Assembly (NCBI GenBank): GCA_038087875.1
Contig: CM075995.1
Location: 10,232,001 to 10,296,000 of the forward strand
Source of the DNA: Malacoraja senta
Taxonomy: Eukaryota
Direction of reading: 5' to 3'
Length of the DNA stretch: 64,000 nucleotides
Shown here one piece after another: positions 56,101-64,000 of the stretch (the stretch's first letter is position 1; each line of letters starts with the position of its first letter). The position numbers were made by a program, and so were the translations under genes. Below the pieces are notes generated by a model. It had not been told where the DNA came from, made no database searches, and saw only the letters and a list, made by a program, of their open reading frames with translations.

Positions 56101-59100
56101 CATGAACTTGGCTGCTGCTGCCTTCCCCTGATGAGCCATCTCCCCCAACAGTATCGAAAATTGTATATCTGTTTAGGAAGGAGCTGACCGCAAGGGGCTC
56201 CTGCTTGCTAGTGGCCACCCGTTCCCTTTCAGTCCGCTTAACTTTTACCTGCGGTGTAGCCAACTCACTGTACGTGCTATTCACGACTTTCGCAGCATCG
56301 TGGATGCTCCAGTATGAACCCAACCGCAGCTCCAACCGTTCAATGCGGTCTGCCAGGAGCTGCAGCTGGACACACGTCCTGCACACGTTGTCACCAGGGA
56401 CACCGACAATATCCCTGATCTCCCACATGTTGCAGGATGAGCAATCCACGGGGCCGATCTCAACTGACATGGCTTACCCCCAAATTAAATCAACTCACTC
56501 CCACTATAAAAATCTTAATCCTTTAAACTGTACCTTTACTAAAAAGCACTATACCCTTAACTCACTGTACCCTTAACTCATTGAACCCTTAACTCACTGT
56601 ACCCTTAACTCACTGAACCCTTAACTCACTGAACCCTTAAATCACTGTACCCTTAACTCACTGAACCCTTAACTCACCGAACCCTTAACTCACTGAACCC
56701 TTAACTCACTGAACCCTTAACTCACTGTACCCTTAACTCACTGTACCCTTAACTCACTGAACCCTTAACTCACTGAACCCTTAACTCACTGTACCCTTAA
56801 CTCACTGTACCCTTAACCAGAAAGCAGAAATACAAACCTGGGGTTACTCCCAATAAGCTGCTTCCTCTAGTCCGCTTCCACCAATCAGCGGCTTCCTCCA
56901 GACCACTTCTTTTGAAGAGTGATGGAACGTGGCAGAGTGGACAACGCTGCACCAGCCACTCCAATCGCTACTGGGCCTCTGCGGAACAAAGCCCCGCGCT
57001 CCGTTTTTAAACTCACCGCCTGGACGCTGCACCAGCCGCTCCAACCGCTCCTGTACTGTTACTCTCACGATACGATAGCACTTTACGATACGATATCACT
57101 TTATAAACGATACCACACCACCCAACAAAATCGTTGACTACACCTTTGTATTCAGCTTCCCTCCCTTCACTGATGCAACACCTAATTACAGAGCCAACTG
57201 AAATCTTCTGCAGGTGGCAGGAGTCCGAGTTGTAGCTGAAATCCGAGGTGTACATGGTGAACAGGAAGGGAGAGAGGAACCTCCCCTCTGGGGGCCCTGT
57301 GTTGCTCACAACCATTTCCGAGACACAGTTCTGTAGCCGGACATACGGTGGTCGACCAGTCAGGTAGTTGGTATTCCCGGACACCAATGGAGCATCCAGC
57401 TGCATCTTCGTCAGTTTGCTTCGTAGGCGGATGGTGTTAAAAACACCGGAGAAGTAAAGAAACACGACTTTCACTGCTTCCCAGCTTATCCTGGTGAGCA
57501 TAGGAACGATGGAGGAGGAGGAGGATGGCTTCCTCAATCCCCACCTTTGTTAGGTAAACGTACTGCAGGGGATCCAGGTAGGGTTTAACCAGGGATCGCA
57601 GGTGAGTAAGCACCAGCCTTTCCAGATGCTTCGTGATGTGTGAGTTCAGCGCCAACGGTCTGTAGTCATTGGAATAGCTGGGACGCGCCATCGTTGCTAC
57701 AGGAACGAGACATTACGTCTTCCACATCACAGGAACCATCTCCCGGCTCAGGATCACGTTGAATCTATGCTATAGTACTCCGCACAACTGCCTGATACAT
57801 GCCTGGAGTATGCTAGGGACCCATAGTTTTGCATGTTCATCACTTGCTCAACCTTGATGGTCAGGAGCGACAAAAAAAGTGGATCAGAGGGTTGAGGGGG
57901 AGTGTTTGTCAGGGACCAGGTGGGCAGAGGCCCCTCCATGAAATCTGTTAAAGCGCAGGTTTAGCTCGATTTAGCTGATGGCTTTTACTCCCTAGGCCAC
58001 TGGTCATCCTGTAGCCTGGAATGCTTTTCATTCCGTACGGTGAATTCTCTTCAGCCGTACTAATCAAGAATCTATCTATCTATGTCTTAAAAATATATCC
58101 ATTGATTTGGCCTCAACGGCCTTATGGGGCAATCAATTCCACAGATTCAACACCCTCTTACTGAACAAATTACTCCTCATCTCCTTCCAAAAGGAATGTT
58201 CTTTAATTCTGCGGCTATGACCACTGATCCCAGCTCCTTCCACAAATGAAAGAACCCTGCCCGCATCCAGTCTATCCAGGTCCCCTTTCATTTTTCTAAA
58301 TTCCAGCGAATAGAGACCTGTGCCATCATACGTTCATCATAGATTAACCCACTCATTTCTGGGATCATTCTCGTAAACCTCCTCAGGACCCTCTATCATT
58401 AGTGTCCCTCTGGAACACATCCTTCATTAGAAATGGGGCCTGAAATTGCTCTCAATACTCCAACTGCGGTCCGAATCAGCGCCTGATAGAGCCACAGCAT
58501 TACGTCCTCATTTTGTATTGTAGTCCTCTTGAAATAAATGCTTGCATTGCCTTTGCCTTTCTTAGTCCCGATTGGACATGGCAATAAACATTCCACTTTC
58601 GATTTTTTGGATTCTCCCCATTTAGAAAATAGTCTACGCCTTTATTCCTGCCACCAAAATGCATGACTCCACATTTTGCTGCATTGTATATCATCTGCCA
58701 CTTCTCTACCCACTCTCCTCACCTGACCAAGTCCTTCTGCGGACTTTCTACTTTTTCTATACTACCCACCCCTCCACTTTTTTCGTATTATCTGCAAACT
58801 GGCTGCAAAGCCTTCAATCCCCTCATCCCATCATCACCATAAACGTGAAGAATATCGGCGCCAGCAACGAACCCCCTGTGGAACTCCCCCAGTCACCGGC
58901 AGTCAACCCTTTATTGCCATTCTTTGCCTTCTGCCATTCAGCCAAACTGCTATCTATGCTAGTATCCCCCCTTTTGTACCATCGGCTCTCATCTTCCTTA
59001 GCAGCCTCACGTGCGGCTGTTTATCAAAGGCTTTCTAAAAACCTAGGTAAACAACATACACTGACTCTCCTTTGTCCTGCTATTTACATCCTCAAAGAAT

Positions 59101-62100
59101 TCGAGCAGATTCGTCAGGCAAGATCTCCCCTTCACAAAACCATGCTAACATCGGATATTTTATCATGAACTAAGTACTCCGTAATCTCATCCTTTGTAAT
59201 GGAATGTAGTCTTACCAACCACTGGAGTCAGACGAACCGGTCTATAGTTCCCACTATTCTGCTCTGCTCCCTTCCTGCCCAGCGAGGTAATATTTGTAAT
59301 TGTCTACTCGTCTGGAACAACTCCTGATAACAATGATTCTTCAAATATCACTACAAATGCCTCCACAATCTCTAACGCCACTTTTTTCAGAACCCTCGCG
59401 TGCGGCCCATCCGGTCCTGGTGACTTATCCACCGTCTGACCCAAGGACATACTCCTTAGTACTAGACACATCACTAACTTCCACCCCTAACCATCTTGGA
59501 TTGTAGGCACGTTACTGGTGTCTTCCATTGTGACGATTGCAGTTGTACAGGGTCTTGGTGAGACCACACCTGGAATATTGCGTACAGTTTTGGTCTCTTA
59601 ATCTGAGGAAAGACATTCTTGCCATAGAGGGAGTAGAGAGAAGGTTCACCACACTGATTCCTGGGATGGCAGGACTTTCATATGAAGAAAGACTGGATAG
59701 ACTCGGCTTGTACACGCTAGAATTTGGAAGATTGAGGGGGGATCTTATAGAAACTTACAAAATTCTTAAGGGGTTGGACAGGCTAGACGCAGGAAGATTA
59801 TTCCCGATGTTGGGGAAGTTCAGAACTAGGGGGGTCACAGTTTAAGGATAAGAGGGAAGTCTTTTAGGACCGAGATGAGAAAATCATTTTTTACACAGAG
59901 AGTGGTGAATCTGTGGAATTCTCTGCCACAGAAGGTCGTTGAGGCCAATTCATTGGCTATATTGAAGAGGGAGCTAGATGTGGCCCTTGTGGCTAAACGG
60001 GTCAGGGGGTATGGGGAGAAGGCAGGGATGGGATACTGAGTTGGATGATCAGCCATGATCATATCGAATGGTGGTGCAGGCTCGAAGGGCCGAATGGCCT
60101 ACTCCTGCACCTATTTTCTATGTTTCTATGTTTCTATGATTGCTGCAAAACTGTATTCAATTCTTCTGCCATTTCTTTATTCCCCATTATCACTTCTCCT
60201 ATATCATTTTCTTGCAGTTCAACTTCCATTCTTGCTTCTTTCTCATTCTATATATATGAAGAAACTCTAAATATCCCATGCCTCTCGCTTCCCCATAATC
60301 TTTGCAATATTGCATGTCTTCTCTTTTAGTTTTATGCTGTCCTTGACTTCCCCTGTCAGCCACGGTCACCCCAGTCTCCCACTAGAATCTTTCTTCCACT
60401 TTGGAATGAAAATATCCTGCATCTTCCGAATTATTCCCAGAAGTTCACGCCATTGCAATTACACCGTCATTCATGCGAGGGTCCCTTTCCATTCAACCTC
60501 CTCATAACTCGGTAATCCCATTTGTTCAGCTCTCATACCGACACATCGGATTTCAATAGACACTAGACAATAGACAATCCAGATAATTGGTCTCCACTGC
60601 CCTCTGGGGCAGAGAATTCCACAAATTCACAACTCTGTGTGAAAATGTTTTTCCTCATCTCCGTTCTAAATGGCCTGCCTCTTATTCTTAAACTGTGGCC
60701 CCTGGTTCTGGAAAAAAAAACATGCCTCTAGCGTGTCTTATATGTTTCAATAATATATCCTCTCATCCTCCTAAATTCCAGAGTATACAAGACCAGCCGC
60801 TCCATTTCATCCTCTTCCTCTCAAATTGCAGGTTAAATCTTTATCATATTGTGGTCGGCAACTTTTTGAGGTTCCTTTACCTTAAGCTCCAATATCAAAT
60901 CCCAGTTCATTACAGAACACTAAATCCAGAATTGAATTTCCCTGTTAGGCTTCACTGCAAATTGTTCTTAGAAAGCATATTGGAGGTACACTCTGACCCC
61001 CCCTCTGTTGGGCTCCAGTACCAACCTGATTTTACCCGGTCAATCTGCATCAGTCGGCATTAAATCTCTCCCTGGTGACTCAGTGACATTTTCCCACCCA
61101 ACAGAAAACGTGGCGTTCGGAGCACTGCCGACCCAGTCCAGCACGTATCAAGGGGCAACTGCTGAGCGAGCCAATGACGGTAACACCGACAGCAACTTCA
61201 GGCATGGTTCTTGCACGCAAACCAATAAATCCAAAAACCCTTGGTGGAGAGTCGATCTACTACACAGCTACAACGTGTCAGGCGTAAGAATCACCAACAG
61301 AGCAGACTGCTGCTCGGATCGGCTTCACGGAGCCGAGATCCGCATCGGGGACTCAGTGTCTAACGATGGAAATCGCAACAGGCTGTGAGTATTCAGAAGC
61401 AAGCGCCGACTCTTTTCAGCTGCGGTGTCTTATTCTGCAAGTTCCACTGTTATCACTGCAATGATAACACGAGTGGGAATCAGAGAAATGCCGTAGATTA
61501 AGACTGGTCTCACTGAAGACAAAATTAAATCTGTGCACCGCTGATCCCGATGCAAGAGAAAATGATACAGAGCCGTAGTCCACTTATTCAGTGGCTTGGG
61601 CTGCTGACGTACCTCTAGTGGCGTTGCGTTCAATAAAACGAAATGAATGTACCTGTAATTTAAGATAAATCAAGTTATGTAAGATTGAGCAACCAGTGAC
61701 TATGGGTGAGGGATCAAGCACTCCCTCCACAGACAGGGCTACCTATGTATCTGGATCGTTTCCTGTCCCCGGCTACCTGTTCGGGACAGGAGCAAGTGGG
61801 GAGGAAACTGGGAATAACAGCGGGAGCCGCCTACATCCGATGAACCGGTCACCAGTTCACCAGCGCAGGCCTTCGTTAGCGTTTGACAAGCTGTCCCATC
61901 CGCAGTTATCGACATAGTGGAGTCTCACCTTTAAATCCTTATTCCATTCAGATGTGGAACCGTGGATTCAGTTTCTTTGATGAACTTCAATTGTGGTGGA
62001 ATTGTCGGTCGATATGTGACCATTATCATCCCAGGGAATAATAAAATATTGACCCTGTGCGAGGTTGATATCATCGGTTCTGAACTCCCGTCGTTACTTG

Positions 62101-63844
62101 GAACAGGTAGGCTGAGCTTGCCGCTGAGCACTGCTTCGATACAACATCTCATCTTAGTTGAGCGTCTTCAGCTGATAAAGTTTGTCGATAATTATCTTCC
62201 TGAAGCCCAGAACCATATTTCCCACCGCTCTACTCTTTGCCATTCTTAGATTAATCGCCAGTCTTGGGTCCTCGCATTGTGCAAACATAATCCAGTCTCT
62301 GAATTAAATCCCCGAGACACTAGGTGCATACACAGCTACAACGTGTCAGGCGTAAGAATCACCAACATAACATCATTCATCCGGAGACGTTGTGCTGATC
62401 AGCAGCAGGCACGTCCCAACCAATTATACGACTATTGAGACACGCTTGAATAGTACCTCCCTACTCTCAGACTATTGAACGGTTCTCCCTTGAGTTGTAG
62501 TTCAATCCCGATCTTTTAGCTTGCCTCATTGCGGTTCTTGGGATTATTTGAAAAAACGTAAACCGTAACACTATAACATGATATTGTCACATAATGCATT
62601 ATGTTATTACTTTTTCTACTTCACACGTGGCTCCTGTGTGCGGCTTCGTTGCACTGTTGTACAGTACGATTAGATTGGATGGTACAAGCAAGGGTGTTTA
62701 CTGCATCTGGCTTCACTTGACCATACTAAAGCAATACGAATATCAATGAAATTCACTACTGCTCCATTGCTTGATACAAGGCCTCCATCCGTCGGAATTA
62801 AATGTCTCCTTTGCGGCTCATTGAGGTGCTTCTCATCCAACAGGAAACGTGGCGTCCGGAGGACGGCCGACCCAGTCCAGCACGTATGCAGGGGCAGGTG
62901 CTCATCGAGCCAATGACGGTAACAGCGACATCCACTTCAGGAATGGATCATGCTCGCGCACCAGGAAATCCACAAACCCTTGGTGGAGAATCGATCTATT
63001 AGAGATCTACAATGTGTCAGATGTAAAAATCACAAACAGAGCAGACTGCTGTTCAGACCGGCTTCAAGGAGCCCAGATCCATATCGGGAACTCACTGGAG
63101 AATGATGGCAATTCCAACCGACTGTAAGTATTCAGAAGCAAACGCCGACTCTATTCAGCTGCGGGATCGTGTTCTGCAAGTTCCACTGGCACTGTTGCAA
63201 TGGTAACATGAGTGGGAAACAGAGAAAAGCTGCAGGTTAAGACTTATCTCACTGCAGAAATAGCTAAAAACGATCACGGTTGTTCCAGATGCGAGAGAAA
63301 GTGATACAGAGCCGCAGACCAAGTCTGTAGCGGTGGGTTCAATAAAAGGAGACGAATATACATGTAATTTAAGTTAATTCAATAAAAATAATATTGAACA
63401 ATCGGAATGCATGTGCAATTTTCAGGTAACCAACGCCCATGTGTGAGGGAACATGGAGTTCCTTCCGAGACAAGGTGACCATTGTATCCGGACCCTTTCC
63501 TGTTCCTAGTTAATTGTTTGGGAGGTAACGGCAAGGATGCCCGGGATAGACGCGGGGGCTCAGCACATGCCATGAAAGTGTCACCACTTCACCCGCACAG
63601 GCCTTCGATAACGTTTGACACGAGATCCCGACCGCAGTGATCGAGATATTTCAGGCTCACCTTTAAATCTTCATCTATTTCAGCTGTGTAACTGTTGCTG
63701 CGGTTAATTTGACGACGTTTCTCTTTAAATGTGATGGATTTGTCGGTCGATATGTGAACATCATCATCCCCGGCCACAACAAAATCTTGACCCTGTGTGA
63801 GGTTGAGATCTTTGGTACAGAAGTCCCGTACTTCATTGGAAAAG
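18058..63844 (+). CDS. Multi-exon gene encoding a tandem F-type lectin (fucolectin/FTLD) polyprotein with >=10 domains; 5' and 3' ends not seen
   Basis: 19 exons alternating B/A with AG acceptors, GT donors (two exceptions) and compatible phases; motifs QSST, A(I/N)DG(N/D), SC, PWWR(V/A)DL, NRxDCC, GA(E/Q/D)I, GRY, LCE(V/I); about 4.1 kb coding in window. Confidence 0.9.
18325..18600 (+). mobile_element. V-SINE-like element with CR1-like 3' end
   Basis: GGTAGAGTTGCTGCC...GATTCGACCCTGAC...GGAGTTTGTACGTTCTC; ends GGACTGAAGGGCCT. Confidence 0.65.
19743..20022 (+). CDS. FTLD exon A1
   Basis: caatag|TA...CT|gtaagt, 280 nt; [13 protein letters not shown]...LAIDGD...SCTET...PWWRVDL...[10 protein letters not shown]...GNSNKL. 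Confidence 0.9.
20341..20510 (+). CDS. FTLD exon B1
   Basis: tttcag|G...G|gtggga, 170 nt; [45 protein letters not shown]; donor choice less certain. Confidence 0.85.
20725..21070 (+). mobile_element. Degenerate CR1 3' fragment
   Basis: TRGHRFKV...[12 protein letters not shown] remnant. Confidence 0.6.
21411..21690 (+). CDS. FTLD exon A2
   Basis: caacag|AA...GT|gtaatt, 280 nt; [13 protein letters not shown]...ANDGN...SCTLT...[10 protein letters not shown]. Confidence 0.9.
23096..23149. repeat. (TTA)n/poly-T microsatellite
   Basis: Directly visible. Confidence 0.9.
23436..27710 (+). mobile_element. Near full-length CR1 LINE: ORF1 (CxxC..CxxC finger + SGNH esterase-like) and ORF2 (APE+RT, frameshifted)
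   Basis: ORF1 23538..24500 [31 protein letters not shown]2 24852..27614; TSD ATCA at 23432-23435 and 27711-27714. Confidence 0.95.
29278..29438 (+). CDS. FTLD exon B2
   Basis: ttacag|C...G|gtaggt, 161 nt; [44 protein letters not shown]. Confidence 0.9.
30946..31225 (+). CDS. FTLD exon A3
   Basis: caatag|GA...CT|gtaagt, 280 nt; AIDGN...SCTHT...[10 protein letters not shown]. Confidence 0.9.
32737..32897 (+). CDS. FTLD exon B3
   Basis: ttacag|T...G|gtaggc, 161 nt; [30 protein letters not shown]...LCEVEIFG. Confidence 0.9.
33560..33839 (+). CDS. FTLD exon A4 (absent from ORF track)
   Basis: caacag|AA...CT|gtaagt, 280 nt; [13 protein letters not shown]...ANDGN...SCART...[10 protein letters not shown]. 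Confidence 0.9.
34924..37750 (-). mobile_element. Fragmented CR1 3' half, interrupted by an L2-type insertion
   Basis: (CATAGAAA)n tail at ~34924; ORFs 35067..35264 and 37357..37581 (FADNTKLGG). Confidence 0.8.
35628..37226 (+). mobile_element. 5'-truncated L2-clade LINE (RT domain)
   Basis: [46 protein letters not shown] then (GACTT)n tail; TSD CTATACT at 35621-35627 and 37227-37233. Confidence 0.85.
38281..38438 (+). CDS. FTLD exon B4 (absent from ORF track)
   Basis: tttcag|C...G|gtaggc, 158 nt; [43 protein letters not shown]. Confidence 0.9.
39123..39402 (+). CDS. FTLD exon A5
   Basis: caacag|AA...CT|gtaagt, 280 nt; SCART...[10 protein letters not shown]. Confidence 0.9.
39981..40141 (+). 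CDS. FTLD exon B5
   Basis: tttcag|C...G|gtaggc, 161 nt; [30 protein letters not shown]. Confidence 0.9.
40846..41125 (+). CDS. FTLD exon A6
   Basis: caacag|AA...CT|gtaagt, 280 nt; SCART...[10 protein letters not shown]. Confidence 0.9.
41707..41867 (+). pseudogene. FTLD exon B6 with mutated donor (GG instead of GT): putative pseudo-exon or terminal exon
   Basis: Open frame CAIVDS...[12 protein letters not shown]|ggaggctgaac versus G|gtaggctgaac in paralogues; read-through stops at 41921-41923. Confidence 0.7.
42150..46475 (-). mobile_element. Full-length but decayed CR1 LINE
   Basis: CAATAGACAATAGG tail; ORF2 pieces 42880..44839; ORF1 esterase 45345..45743 ([15 protein letters not shown]); 5' UTR direct repeat. 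Confidence 0.9.
46845..47122 (+). pseudogene. FTLD exon A7 with a 5-bp deletion removing the donor: putative pseudo-exon
   Basis: AACAGA-AGTATTT versus AACAGACT|GTAAGTATTC in paralogues; read-through stops at 47129-47131. Confidence 0.7.
47305..47492 (-). mobile_element. Short 5'-truncated CR1 3'-end insertion
   Basis: TSD GATACA at 47299-47304 and 47493-47498; empty site AATGATACAGAGCC present in a paralogous intron at ~61561. Confidence 0.85.
48225..48382 (+). CDS. FTLD exon B7
   Basis: tttcag|C...G|gtaggc, 158 nt; [29 protein letters not shown]...LCEVEIFG. Confidence 0.88.
50839..54282 (+). mobile_element. 5'-truncated CR1 (partial ORF1 + disabled ORF2) nested in CR1
   Basis: TSD GACCT at 50834-50838 and 54283-54287; host resumes KTNVG|PL. 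Confidence 0.9.
56553..56817. repeat. 17-bp tandem repeat CCCTTAACTCACTG(T/A)AC, ~15 copies, in CR1 5' UTR
   Basis: Directly visible upstream of ORF1 on the minus strand. Confidence 0.92.
57065..58030 (-). mobile_element. Degenerate Rex1/Babar-like LINE RT fragment
   Basis: [47 protein letters not shown] motifs. Confidence 0.65.
58030..61045 (-). mobile_element. Old degenerate CR1 fragments
   Basis: [15 protein letters not shown] remnant and other ORF2-like pieces; boundaries approximate. Confidence 0.65.
59541..60137 (+). mobile_element. 5'-truncated CR1 3' end nested in older CR1
   Basis: [14 protein letters not shown]...; (TTCTATGT)n tail; GATTGC on both flanks. Confidence 0.85.
61105..61384 (+). 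CDS. FTLD exon A8
   Basis: caacag|AA...CT|gtgagt, 280 nt; SCTQT...[10 protein letters not shown]. Confidence 0.9.
61952..62106 (+). CDS. FTLD exon B8
   Basis: attcag|A...G|gtaggc, 155 nt; [42 protein letters not shown]. Confidence 0.88.
62844..63123 (+). CDS. FTLD exon A9
   Basis: caacag|GA...CT|gtaagt, 280 nt; SCSRT...[10 protein letters not shown]. Confidence 0.9.
63684..63844 (+). CDS. FTLD exon B9 (gene continues beyond window)
   Basis: tttcag|C...G|gtaggc, 161 nt; [44 protein letters not shown]. Confidence 0.9.
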
Positions 63845-64000
63845 GTAGGCGGAACTTTCCGCTGAGGCTCTGGTTGTGCACAGCCCCCTAGCATAGTTGG
63901 GAAGATTCTCCCACTGATAAGGTATGCGAAATAAAGATCTTCATGAGGCCGTGTACCGTCATTCTGCCCTTCTCCACTTTTGGACTCTCGCATTGTCCAA

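Larger units (their letters stand above)
49136..57050 (-). mobile_element. Full-length decayed CR1 LINE split by an opposite-strand CR1
   Basis: ORF1 55709..56470 (CSSC..CRTC, GDSIVRG); ORF2 pieces 54980..55375, 54555..55004, 50461..50808, 49805..50410; (CATAGAAA)n tail; 5' limit approximate. Confidence 0.9.

Overview
Eukaryotic, vertebrate-type DNA. The CR1/V-SINE/Penelope repeat content suggests a cartilaginous fish (inference). Most long ORFs in the track are retroelement fragments or satellite artefacts. The main content is a + strand spliced gene (18058 to beyond 63844) that the ORF track shows only in pieces. It is a tandem array of at least 10 F-type lectin (fucolectin) domains, each split over a 280-nt 'A' exon (intron phases 1/2) and a 155-170-nt 'B' exon (phases 2/1); units 3/4-9 arose by duplication of a ~1.7-kb exon+intron unit. 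None of the 9 readable domains keeps the full canonical fucose-binding His/Arg/Arg triad, and several show a His->Arg plus Arg->Gln/Leu swap. Two adjacent exons (B6, A7) have each lost their splice donor; skipping both would keep the frame and make a chimeric domain. Introns are inflated by nested CR1, L2 and Rex-like LINEs with visible TSDs. Left of a 200-N gap lie a 22-bp satellite, a ~9-kb hAT-like TIR element stuffed with nested elements (Penelope-like, V-SINEs, an inverted pair of non-autonomous Helitrons, CR1-in-CR1) and a 2.5-kb G-rich minisatellite starting at the right TIR.
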